A stretch of 63,849 nucleotides of DNA, taken from NCBI RefSeq assembly GCF_036365525.1, contig NW_027142279.1, positions 186,152-250,000 of the forward strand, in the 5' to 3' direction. Every line of letters starts with the position of its first letter. Within the stretch, counting starts at the first letter, position 1. Made by a program: the position numbers and the translations under genes. Positions 39,946 through 51,699 of the stretch are shown here, one piece after another. Below the pieces are notes generated by a model. The model was given only the letters and a program-made list of their open reading frames with translations. It made no database searches and was not told the DNA's origin. Origin of the DNA: Heterodontus francisci. Lineage: Eukaryota.

Positions 39946-40187
39946 CACGATGCTCTAAACTCAGTCATGAACAGACCCGGGAGATGTTCCCCTTGTAACT
40001 GAACGAGACAGGATGGGGTGGTTTAGAGGCCAGGGTCATATTGGACTGGTCTTTGCAAACCAGAAAGAAGGGCGAGTGCCATCAGCCCGACTTTTTAAAC
40101 CGCCCGCGGAGGGTTGGGGGGAAAAAGCTTGGAATGCAAACAGCTGGACATGAAGGGAGTGGGGGAAAAAACGCCCCATTATCTTAC

Positions 40188-40238
40188 CTAACACCGTCAG
40201 TTTGGTACCGGTCCCGAAGTTGAGTGGTGTGTTGGTAG
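40188..40238 (-). CDS. TRBJ: TRBJ TNTPLNFGTGTKLTVL
   Basis: Weak RSS cacgtca-12-acatcaacc; gtaaga. Confidence 0.85.
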
Positions 40239-40724
40239 CACGTCAGCAGATCTCGTTACATCAACCCGGTCAGAAACAGATTGCTAAAAGTGACCTGCTC
40301 AGCATTTAGGAAGCACTGGTCAAGACAATCAGGACACACAAAGCAGCTTACAGCCAATGAAGCAGTTTGTTTAGGAAGTGGTCACCACAGGGAGACGCAG
40401 CAACTGATATTGTACCAAGGAAGTCCCATCAAACAGCAGTGAGATTAATGAGCAGATCATTGTTTGTGATGTTGGTTGAGGGATCAATATTGGTCCCAGG
40501 ACACCAGGGTGGGGTTTAAGGGTTAAAGAGTAACCAGTTTCCACACAAATGACACACAGTTATTCTCTTTTCCAGAGGAACATTCTAGGTTATAAAGCTG
40601 GACCATTCTGAGACAACTTTATGATGAAAAGGGCCCAGTTCCCGTTATAATCCAGGGTCATGTTGACTCGTTTACTCTGTTGTCACTGCTCTTCTGCTCA
40701 TCCTCCACCAGGTGTGCAGAGTGA

Positions 40725-40804
40725 GGTTTTTGTACGGAGGTTGCATTGGATTTTATCACCGTGTCCCTGCTGTCCCCACAGTGATAGACACTCATTCAAA
40801 AAAG
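40725..40804 (-). other. TRBD: TRBD1 segment GGGACAGCAGGGA (40764-40776) with 5' 12-RSS and 3' 23-RSS
   Basis: 5': cacagtg-12-tcaaaaaag; 3': cacggtg-23-acaaaaacc. Confidence 0.96.
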
Positions 40805-40919
40805 AGGAAAGCAAAACGTACAAGTCCCCGCCGCTTAAACGGCTCCCGAGGGTTTCACCTGGTGACGGCAGTTGAGACTCAGGTGCTGAACTTTCGTTAG
40901 ACATTTGGAGCACAATTAA

Positions 40920-41278
40920 AGGCCATTCAGCCCCTCTCAAATCTGTTTCACAGGATCAGGAGGAGGACATACAGCCCCAATGCAGTCTGTTACACATGAA
41001 CAGGAGGAGGACATTCAGCCCCTCTCCAGCCTGCTACGCAGGAACAGGAGGAGTACGTTCAGCCCCTCTCGAGCCTGTTACACAGGAACAGGAGGAGGAC
41101 ATTCAGCCCCTCTCTAGTCTTTTACACAGAAGCAGGAGGAGGACATTCATCCCACTCTCAAATCTGTTACACAAGAACAGGAGGAGGACATTCAGCCCCT
41201 CTTGAGCATGTTACACGGAAACAGGAGGAGGCCCTTCAGCCCCTCTTGAACCTGTTACACCGGAACAGGAGGAGGGCA
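40920..41278. repeat. About 43-bp tandem repeat (caggaggaggacattcagcccctctcgagcctgttaca)
   Basis: About 8 copies running into an N gap; shorter paralogous array at ~31640-31800; unit resembles a reverse-complemented LINE 3' tail. Confidence 0.85.
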
Positions 41279-42690
41279 NNNNNNNNNNNNNNNNNNNNNN
41301 NNNNNNNNNNNNNNNNNNNNNNNNNNNNNNNNNNNNNNNNNNNNNNNNNNNNNNNNNNNNNNNNNNNNNNNNNNNNNNNNNNNNNNNNNNNNNNNNNNNN
41401 NNNNNNNNNNNNNNNNNNNNNNNNNNNNNNNNNNNNNNNNNNNNNNNNNNNNNTTCTTTCTTTCTCAATTTCTTTCTGTCCCTCTCAATTCCGTCCCTCT
41501 GTTGCACCCCTTTTCCCAATCCCTGACTCCGTCCTTACCCTTTTCTTTACCTGCATTGTCCCTCTACAACCTTCAGGATCTCAGGAGGCACCAGCTACGG
41601 GTCCTCAAACAGAACGCACTTAATGTATACACAAAATCGTGCACACTGCAATCTCTTAACCTATCACTCAGAGGCCCAGGTCTGCCAAACCAGGGATGTG
41701 CAAGTTCCCAGGTGTTCTGTTGATGTGCGCAGTGCTGTTATCATTTCAGCTGATCTGTCTGCACACCAACACCCATCACCCATGCACCTGGTCCTCAACT
41801 ATAACATTGAGGGTTTTACTCTTTTGTTCTGTTCTTCTGCTGCTTGCTCTTCAGATGAAGGTAACGCGAGGTTCTGGGTTGAAGAGGTTCCAAAAATGTC
41901 TAACAATAAAGCTGGACGTTGAATTGGGATATAGACACAAAACATTTTCAAAGGAAGGCGATTATGGAGACATCAAAGTAAGTACATTTCCCTTTGTCCT
42001 GTTGCAAACATGGCACAAAGCAGGAATCCATTGCTTCTTCTAAAAGTTCCCCCAACATAACGGAGCTATGAGAAGTCATGTTAAACTTGTATAGAATCTT
42101 GCTTAGACACAGTTGGAGCACTTTTCACATTTTAAGAGATATAGAGATACAGGAGAAAGGGCAAAAAAGTAATGACAAGGATGATATCAGAACTGAGAGG
42201 TTATAATGATCAGGAAGGGCTGTAAAGAGAAGGCTGAGGGGGTGATCTGATGGAAGGATTTAAGATTATGAAAGGGTTTTTGATAGGATAGACGTGCAAA
42301 AGATGTTTTCACTTGTGGGGGAGTCAGGAACTAGGAACCACCAATAGAAGATAGTCACTAATAAATAAAATCGGAATTCAAGAGAAACTTCTTAACCCAG
42401 AGAGTGAGAGGATGTAGGGAGTGGGATAAGACGAATAGTGGAGATGTAATCAAGAGGGAATCTGGATAAACAAATGGGAGGAGGAAGATTTTGAAGGATC
42501 TACTGATGGGGTGAGATGAAGACGAGAGCGAGGAAGCTCGTGTGCAGGACAAACACCAGCATGAATGTGTTGGGCCGAATGGCCAGTTTCTTTGCTATTT
42601 GCCTCAGGACACAGTCCAAGGGATATAGTGCGTCTCACCTGAGAAGGCAGACAAGCCGCTGGTTTAACATCTCAGGCGAAAATGCAGCAA

Positions 42691-43198
42691 ACCCTCAGTA
42701 CTGACCAGTTGACAGTGCAGCACTCCCTCAGTACTGACCCTCTGACAGTGCAGCACTCCCTCAGTACTGACCCTCTGACAGTGCAGCACTCCCTCAGTAC
42801 TGACACTCTGACAGTGCAGCACACCCTCAGTACTGACACTCTGACAGTGCAGCACTCCCTCAGTACTGACACTCTGACAGTGCAGCACTCCCTCAGTACT
42901 GACACTCTGACAGTGCAGCATTCCCTCAGTACTGACCCTCTGATAGTGCAGTGCTTCATCAGTAATGGCCCCCTGACAGTGCAGCACTCCCTCAGTTCCG
43001 ACCCTCTGACAGTGCAGCACTTCCTCAGTACTGATCCTCCGAAAGTGCAGTGGTCCCTCAGTACTGACCCTCCGACAGTGCAGCACTCCCTCAGTACTGA
43101 CCCTCCGACATTGCAGCACTCCCTCAGTACTGGCCGTCTGCCAGTGCAGCACTCCCTCAGCACTGATCCTCCAACAGTGCAGCACTCCCTCAGTACTG
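42691..43198. repeat. 33-bp minisatellite (cagtgcagcactccctcagtactgaccctctga), about 15 copies
   Basis: Direct tandem periodicity; the three overlapping repetitive ORFs are artefacts. Confidence 0.95.
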
Positions 43199-43234
43199 AA
43201 TTAACCAAGTGTTGGCTGCATTGGCGATTGATGG

Positions 43235-43251
43235 GCGGTAGGTGGCGCTAT
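43235..43251 (+). promoter_or_regulatory. CTCF-like motif
   Basis: GCGGTAGGTGGCGCTAT resembles the CTCF core CCASYAGRKGGCRS. Confidence 0.5.
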
Positions 43252-43959
43252 TGCTCCACTAATCCTGATCGATTCTTCATTTCTTGGCCGTTCCTTCCTC
43301 TGACAGCGACCTCAGCTCTGCAATTCCCTCCCTAACCCTCTCCACCTCTCTCTCCTCCAAACCGGACCGTTTTCCGGCCGTTTTCTCGACTGACGGTGAA
43401 GTCACTATCTAAATGAAAGTCGCTGCTGTCTAATTACACGATCGTGCTGACCTGTGAACAGGAGGTCCGGGACTTGGAGCATGTCCTCCAGAAACTGACT
43501 CTGCCGGCAGTTTCGCTTTACATTTCTTCCACGGGTAGACACAGAACTAAACTCGTCACAGAAAAATTACTGGAATTTGTCACGACCGGGATTTCGTGTT
43601 TTGTTGCTCCAATTTTGAGCACTTGCCTGTCGTCGCTTGATGCAACTGAGTGGCATTGGGAGAACAGTTAAGTGATAACTACATTGGTGTGGACCAGGAG
43701 TCAGGTTGTAAGGGGGTAAGTAGGTCAAATGTTCTCCTGTGGGACATTAGAGAACCAGAGGGGATTTAAACAACAATCAGGTCGTTTCATGGTCATAATT
43801 CATGTCACTGGTACTTTACCTCAATCAATTGAACTTAAACCCTTCTGCCGGCTGTGGTGGGGTTTGAACTCACGATTACCAAAGCGCTAGCCCGGGCTGT
43901 TGGATTACTGGTCCAGTAACATCACCACCAGGTTAACAGCTCAGCTTGTCCAATTCCCT

Positions 43960-45065
43960 GGCCTTTTCCCCGTAGCCCTGTAAATTTTTGTTTCTCTTCA
44001 GATAGTTATCCAGGACCTCGATTGACACTACCAGCATCGCACTGTCAGGCAGTGCGTCGCAGATCCTAACCCTCTCTGTGTAGAAGAGGAATTCCCCCTG
44101 TCACCTTTGTTTGTTTGTTTGTTTTTTTAGCCATTTACTTTAAACTGGTGTCCCCTGGTTCTCCACCCTTCTGCCACTGAGAACAGATCTACTCTGTCTG
44201 GGTCCCTCATGATTTTGCACAACTCTGTCAAATCTCCTCTCAAGTTTCTCTTCTCTATGGCGAACAACCCCAGCTTCTCCAATCTATCCACGTAACAGAA
44301 GCCCCTCATCCCTGGAACCAATCTCTTAAATCTTTTCTGCACCCTTGACATCTTTCTTAAAGTGTGGTATCCAGAATTGGGTGTAATATTCCAGTTGAGG
44401 TGGAACCCGTGTTATGTCGAGGTTCCCTGTAACCTCTTTGTTTTTTTTTAAATTTGATGCCTCCATTGATAAAGCCCAGGATTCAGTCTGCCTGATTAAC
44501 CACTTCCTCAACTTGCCCTGTCATCTTGAGTAATTTACACTGATATACACCCAGGTCCCTCTGTTCCTGCACCACCTTTAGAATTGTATCCTTTATTTGA
44601 GATTGTCTCTCCTCGTTTTCACTACCAAAATGAAAGACTTCACACCTTTATGTAATAAACTGCATCTGCAATTTGCCCGCCCATTCCACCAGTCATTCTA
44701 CATCCTCTTAAAATCTATCACCATCCTCCTCACGGTTCACAATACTTCCACGTTTTGTGTCATCTGCAAAGTTTGAAATTGTGCCCTGCCCACCCAAGTC
44801 TAGGTCATTAATATCGATCAAGAAAAACAGTGGTCCCTGGAGAACCGCACTATATACCTTCCTCTAGTCTGAACAACAACCGTTTACCACTACTATGTTC
44901 CCTGTAACTTTGTATCCATGTTGATAATGCCCCTTTTATTGCATAAGCTTTATCTTTGCTGACAAGCCTGTTATGTAGTACTTTATCAAACGCTTTTTTT
45001 GAAGTTCATGTACACCACATCAACCGCAATACCCTCATTAACCCTCTCTGTTACCTCATCAAAAA
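43960..45065 (-). mobile_element. CR1/HER LINE fragment
   Basis: RVQKRF..DRLEKLGLF..LRGDL; PQLEYYTQFWIPHFKKDV. Confidence 0.85.
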
Positions 45066-45212
45066 GTGTGTATCCGACTCTTGGTTTTCTGATTAGTCCA
45101 CAGAGTGCTGGTTGTTTCAAAAGGCGGTGTAGCATTCGTCATCGCTACAGATGGGAGAACCTCAAAGCACCCTGTATGACTGACCACTTCCTCTGATGTG
45201 TCTTTATATATC

Positions 45213-45530
45213 AGCCGTGGTTTAGTGGGGAGTACCTCGGCACTGAGTCAGAGGTTTGTGGGTTTAAGTCCCCGCACCATGATTTAAGCATAAAATCTAG
45301 GCTGACACTCCCAGTGCAGGACAGAGAAAGTGCTGCACCGTGTGGAGGTGTAGCACCGAGGTACTCTCTTTATTTTGGCTGAGATGTTAAAACGAGGTCC
45401 TGACTGCAGACGGGAATGATCCCATAGCCACTATTTCGGAGAATAACAGGAGCATTCTGGAGGATTATCTGGGGCAATAGACATCCCTAAACCAACTTAA
45501 CTAAAACAGATTGTTTGGTCATTCTCAGTT
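45213..45530 (+). mobile_element. Old tRNA-derived SINE (DeuSINE-like)
   Basis: A/B-box-like head followed by aatctaggctgacactcccagtgcag..gtgctgcac..gagatgttaaaacgagg; related copy at ~13780-13980; family name is from recollection. Confidence 0.55.
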
Positions 45531-45534
45531 TCCA

Positions 45535-45640
45535 CCAGGAGATGGCGCAGTTCTCCGCAGAACTTGTGGCTGCAAATGGGATTCGATCAGATGGAGAGAC
45601 AATGAATTTCCATTCAGCGAGTGATCGCGCCCTCTGGCGG
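45535..45640. promoter_or_regulatory. Pair of CTCF-like motifs
   Basis: CCAGGAGATGGCGC (+, 45535-45548) and CCGCCAGAGGGCGC (-, 45627-45640). Confidence 0.55.
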
Positions 45641-46339
45641 CCGCAGAGGGAATTTTCATCACCATTCATCATTTGGATCATCCATCTGACGTAAAGGAGT
45701 CGCAGTCCGAGTATGATCAATGCTACCTACTTCCAGTGAGATGTCGGATTATTTATTGCCATGTGCAAAGATGACCAGATCGTGACAAATGGAGCGAAAC
45801 TCCCCACCCCCGCAACCCCTCCACTAACACTATTGGATCTAAGATGCATCAGTTGGAATTCATTCCTGGTTATGTGCATTCACCTCACATTGGAATTTCG
45901 AGACAGGGTGCCGACCGGCAGTTTTATCACGCTGCTCGATCTTGGACCCTGCAAGTAAAGGGTTACTATCTTGTTGGCACGTGGAAAAGACTTCTGATCT
46001 GCGTCCCTGCAATTTTGCTTCAATCATCAGAGAACACATCAGCTAAGGAACTCACTTTCGACTCCACTGGCATAATGGAGGTTGGAAATGTGCACAGCAT
46101 CTCGAATCCGTAAAGGCTGGAGGACATCTTACCGTCAGGAGCCCATTAAAAGTCTTCCACTTCATAAAAGCTAAAGAAAAGAAATGATGGCCTGTTGTAG
46201 ATGTCGGGAACTCCAGTCCAATTTGAAAATATCTGGGGCTGCAGCAAAAGTGGTCGAGAAACAGGGTGAGTAATTTCAATGACAACATTCTTCTCATTAT
46301 TGATACTGAAAGAGGGACCCGTGTATATGAATCAGAGCA

Positions 46340-47000
46340 ATTTTACATCAAGGTACAGCAAGGAATTAGGAAGGCGAGTAACATGTTAGCTTTGAAACAT
46401 AAGAGTAAGGAAATCTTTCTGCAGCTAGTTAGGACTTTGGTAACAACACACCTTTAGTGTTGTGTAGAGTGTTGCTCTCCTTATCTACGGAAGCATGTAT
46501 TTGCCTTAGAGGAGGTTGCAACGAAGGTTCACTCAATTGGTTCCTCGGAGGAGAAGGCTGCCCTATGAGGAGAAATTGAGTCGAATGGGCTGTTATTCTC
46601 TGGAAGAATCAGAGGTGATCCATTTGAAACGTACAAGATGATGAGAGGGTTTGACAGGGGACACACTGAGAGGCTGTTTCCCCCCTGGCTGGAGAGCCTA
46701 GAAATAAGGGGTCGAATCTTCAGGATAAGGGGCCGTCTATCGTACTTAGATGAGGACGAATGTCTTCACTCAGAGGGTTATGACTCTTTGGAATTCAGAG
46801 AGCTGTGGAATTCTCAGTCATTGAGAAAATTGAAGACATGAGATCCATAGATTTTAGGCACCAAGGGAATCCAGGGATGTAGGAATATGGCGGGAAAGTG
46901 GAGTGAAGGTAGCAGATCCTCAAGATCTTCATTATGTGGAGGAGCAGACACGGCGGGCCGAATGGCTTACTCCTGCTCCTATTTTCTAATGTTCTGATGT
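46340..47000 (+). mobile_element. CR1/HER LINE fragment
   Basis: Degenerate RT C-terminus and gggccgaatggcttactcctgctcc tail. Confidence 0.75.
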
Positions 47001-47793
47001 AAGTGGTTCCTGCGTGTTTGCAGTGTCAGACCATTGTGTCATCACAGCACATACCGTCTAAAATATTATCTTTCTCTTCCGGTCTAATCCGTGTTTCACT
47101 TGACCATGAAGTCTCGTCATGGCAAACCCTGAAGCCAGTTACGGGCCAACAGATCTTGATAAGGGAAGTTTGTCGATTTCAGTGCAATTTCCAGGCGATC
47201 GGAATGAATTATAATCAGAGCAGAGAAAGTTAAGGGACCCAGAGGAAGGTGGTGTTGGAAATCAGGAAGGGTTTTGATAAATTGAACAGGGAGAAGCTGT
47301 TTTCTGTGGCAGGAAGGTCGCTAACCAGGGAGGCGCTGATTTAGGGTCAGTGGCAAAAGAAGCAGAAGCGGGATGAGGAGAATGATTCTGACTGGGACGG
47401 GTATTAATGATCTGGAACACATCGCCTGAAAGGGCAGTGGAATGGGATTCAGCTTTCAAACGGGAATTGGATAGATCCTTGGAGCAGAAGATTTCCAGGA
47501 CGAGGGCAGAAGGGCAGGAAAGTGGGACTAACTGGATAGATTTTTCACAAAAGCAAGCAGAGGCGGGATGATCTCCTCTGTGTTGAATCTTTCTGTGATG
47601 CTACAATGTGGACAGATCAGAAAGGAACAACTTGACATCATTGCCTTTATTTAAGAAAAGTAAAACTATTCTCCACTCTTTGGCATATGAAGCGTGACAA
47701 CAAAGCTATTGGGAGTCGGTGAACCTTATCTGTTATCTCTATGGGTGCATTCTCACTGCAGATCGGGTTCCAGTCAAGCAAACCCTACTGATA

Positions 47794-48130
47794 GGGCGGC
47801 ACAGTGGCGCAGTGGTTAGCACCGCAGCCTCACAGCTCCAGCGACCCGGGTTCAATCTGGGTACTGCCTGTGTGGAGTTTGCAAGTTTTCCCTGTGTGGG
47901 TTTCCTCCGGGTGCTCCGGTTTCCTCCCACATGCCAAAGACTTGCAGGTTGGTAGGTAAATTGGCCATTACAAATTGCCCCTAGTATAGGTAGGTGTAGG
48001 GAAATATAGAGACAGGTGGGGATGTGGTAGGGATATGGGATTAGTAGTGGATTAGTATTCGTGGGTGGTTGATGGTCGGCACAGACTCGGTGGGCCGAAG
48101 GGCCTGCTTCAGTGCTGCATCTCTAAACTC
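47794..48130 (+). mobile_element. HE1-type (V-SINE) tRNA-derived SINE of elasmobranchs
   Basis: gggcggcacagtggcgcagtggttagcac A box, gggttcaatc B box, V-domain gggtttcctccgggtgctccggtttcctcccaca, LINE-like tail gggccgaagggcctg. Confidence 0.85.
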
Positions 48131-49334
48131 TTATATGGCTGCGTTGGAGTCGAAACTGCCCTGGGACAAATTCCTCCCAGCACGCCAGGGAATTCTGTCA
48201 AGAGCAGGCTGGTTATCATCTGAACAGGTCAGTGTTGAAGAGATTTACCATGACATGTGGAAGTATGTCAATGAGACACCGGTCATTCTTTTTTCAATAG
48301 GGGCCCTAAGACTGTGTTTGCCCCGTGGTATTGATCCATCCAAATCCAGATTTGATAGATTTCCTTCAGTGAGGAACTTTTTTGGGATGCAGTCGAGGAT
48401 TAATTTGAGACATGACATGTGACAAGAGCTGCCTGCTTGGGAGGAACAGGGACTTTGGGCCTGACATTTTGGTGCTTTCCACACCTCATGCATGGGCCCT
48501 GTTGTAGATCAAGTCACCGCAATTGGTTTATTTCTGTTCTGTTACGGGATGAGGGCTGGGGAGGGCCACCTTTATTCCCAAGTCTAACCGCTCTTGAGCA
48601 TACTTCTTCTTGAATGCAACTGCGTGGCTGACCAGGCCCATTCCTCAGGGCAGTTAAGGGTGAACAGCACTGCTGCCGGGGTCTGGAGTCACTGTGAGTC
48701 CAGACTGGGTGAGGGAGGCAAAATTCCTTCCCTAAAGGATATCACTGAACCAGGTGGCTCTTTCCGCCAATCCAGCAGCTTTATGCTGAGCATCATTGCT
48801 GGAATACAACTACTGTTACAAAGGCTACCATCATCAACAACGACATTATTGGTCGACAAGGATGTCAGAAGATGAACGAGGTGTCTTGGTTTTTTTTGGC
48901 ATCTAGCAAATCCTGCATTCCTAAGCCTACCTCTTCAGAATGCAGCCTTCCATACCAGTGCCCTGTTTAGCTTAGTGCTAGAACCCAACACAGTTTAATT
49001 CAGAGAGTACAGATCTGAGAGATGCCGGATAAACCTTATTCTTGAGATTCACTGTGACACCAGTGACGGTCTCAGTCAGCTCGATGGACCCTCCACCAGT
49101 TGGACCAAGTTTCAGCTGAAAGCCCGGCCCCAGCGCCTGGGAATTCCTGCTGCGCCTTTGTTAGACCAAAGTACGTGAATTGAATGCAGTTATGAGACAG
49201 TGCATTCCAGGAAGGTGGGGATTGCTCTACCTAGGTATATTGGAATATAATTTCTGAAAATGAGATGGATAAATTAGCGGTTTGTCAATAAAAATATACT
49301 GATACGCAGATTAACCACAAGCATTATTCATGGT

Positions 49335-50000
49335 TGGCGCTGGACAGGTTGAGAGAGCAGTTAATAAAGCATACAGTATCCTGGGCTTTATTAAAAGGGG
49401 CAGAGAGTACAAGAGCATGGAAGTAAGTTGCACTTGGACAAGACACTAGTTCGACCTCAGCTGGAGCATTGTGTCCAGTTCTGGGAGCCGCACTTGAGGA
49501 AAGAAATGAAAGAATTGGACAGAGTGAGGGAAAGATTCAGGAGAATGGTTCCACGGGTGAAGGACCTCAGTTATGATGATAGATTGGAGAAGTTGGGATT
49601 GTTTTCCTTGGAGGAGAGAAGGCTGAGAGGTGATTTGATAGAGGGATTCAAAATCATGAGGTGTCGGGACAGAACAGATAGAGAGAAACTGCTCCCACTC
49701 GTGAAAGGATGGAGAATGAGAGGGCACAGATTTAAACTAATTGGAAAAAGAAGTAAAAGTGACATGAGGAAAAAATTGTTTCACACAGCGAGTGGTTAAT
49801 GTCTGGAGTGCAGGCCCAGAGAGTATGATGAGGGCACGTTCAATCGGGGCATTCAAAAGGGACTTATGAAAAAGGAAGAATGTGCAGAGTTACGGGAAGA
49901 AGGCGGGGGAATGGGACTAAGTGAATTGCTCATTCGGAGGGCCAGTTCTGACACGATGGGCCGAATGGCCTCCTGTACTGTACCAATTCTCTGATTCTGT
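49335..50000 (+). mobile_element. CR1/HER LINE 3' fragment
   Basis: LVRPQLEHCVQFWEPHL..RRLRGDLIE. Confidence 0.9.
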
Positions 50001-50715
50001 GATGAGGAATGTCGATGATAAGTGGCAGTAACTTGATTGCTAACCAGATGATCAAAATTGGGTAAAATTTGTGATAAACACAACAATGGTCAGTTTAAAC
50101 GGTACAGGGTGATATTCTAAGACAATAAGATGTATCTATCCATCGGAACTTTGATAGTTCTGTCTTTCAGCAGAACCAAGCCATCTATTTATCACTTTAA
50201 GAGCTGCTTGCAAGCTGAAAGATAGAGATGCAGACTCACACAGACAATACCAGCACAGCTGAAGAGATTTTTCTTTTAACTTGTTGAGTTATTTTGATCA
50301 GGAATGCGATGCCTGAAAGGATGGAGGAAGCAGATTCAGCAGTAACTTGGAAAGGAGATTGGGAAATATATTTGAACAGGAAATATCTGCCTCCCATTGA
50401 GGAAAGAGCAGGAGAGTGGGATGAAATAAGTAGATCTTCCGAAGTGATGGCACAGGAACGATGGGCCGAATTGCCTCCTCTGTCCTGTATGATTGTCCAA
50501 TTCTTTGCAGATTATTTCATCTGCTTTGGAAAGTACTGAAGTGTGGAACTGGATTTTGAGCTGTCTCTCTGGGAGCACTGAGAAACTATTGGATTATTTC
50601 AACACTCTGAAAGTTGATGGAAAACTCTGCAAAGTTTCATCAATGAACAGCTGTCTTTATGAGCTCTGCTTCCTTGAGTTTTCCTCTCTAACACTCACAG
50701 TATAAGAGGGTGGTA

Positions 50716-51416
50716 TGTTTTTGACGCAGCCCTGCTCCTGTTTGAATCACTGTGATCACTAGCAGCACAGTAATACACCGCCCTGTCAGTCTGATCCACC
50801 CTCAGTATTTTCAGGCTGCAGGTTTTAAGATCAGGTCTGATGGCTTTAAATCTCTCCTTGAAACCCTCTTCAGGCGTTGAATCAGAGGTACCAACCGAGG
50901 TCACTATGAGCTGCAACCCTGCTCCGCTGTGCTGGCGATACCAGTACATGTAACTGTCGTCGGTGTCATTCTGGAAACAGTGCATTTCCGCCGTTTTCCC
51001 CTCTGCGACCGTCAGCCGGTTCCCCCACTGGGTAATGAGAGCGCTCCTGGACCGGGCTGTGGAGGAACAAGAGAAACAGATTGGGTCAAAGAGAACAGAC
51101 ACAATGAGGAGAGAGAGAGAGATTTAATGGTGAACCTCCCGATGCACACCACAGTCGATCAGCTCGCTGACGCCCCAGCACAGGGGTCATGTGCTGATTC
51201 CCAGAATCGCTGGGCACAACTGCAGTGGCGCTAAATAGCGACACTTGTCCTCAACAGTAAAACCAAACCAGTAAATCTCTAACTGATTGGAGCCCTTTGA
51301 TATCAACAGGAATTGTGTCTCAAAGCTGATTAACTGGGGCCTGAATTTCCCTCCAAGTAGGAGCAGTAACCTGGGAGCAGCAGAAACAGTAGATGGAGGT
51401 AAACAGTACACAGCAT
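50716..51416 (-). CDS. TRBV: TRBV gene (D-proximal): leader 51371-51416 MLCTVYLHLLFLLLP; V exon 50755-51056 ..ITQWG..MHC..MYWYRQ..AVYYCAASD; 23-RSS 50716-50754
   Basis: Canonical C/W/YYC; cacagtg-23-tcaaaaaca; phase-1 leader intron. Confidence 0.93.
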
Positions 51417-51699
51417 GATGCAGGAATGTGAACCCTTCTTTCAACCTTCCAGCTTGGTCCAGCTCTCACACACACTGCAGTCCTATTGGTGCACAGCCTG
51501 CTTTTGTGATGCAGTGTGGAAGTGACTCCATTGCAATGTCAACCAATAGAACTTCCCTTGTGTATCCAACAAAGAAGGTGGTTCTTTCACCTGTGTGGGT
51601 GCAGGAATTAGAATTACACAGGATTGACTTGCAAAGTCCCATCTATTGCAGGGTTTGGGGATGTTCATAAAGATTGAAATGATTGACATATATACCAAC

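Noticed and set aside
42664-43335. Repetitive ORFs or CRISPR-like array
   Set aside because: Head-to-tail 33-bp minisatellite with no unique spacers, in eukaryotic DNA
47794-47870. tRNA gene
   Set aside because: It is the tRNA-derived head of a SINE, continuous with the V-domain and LINE-like tail
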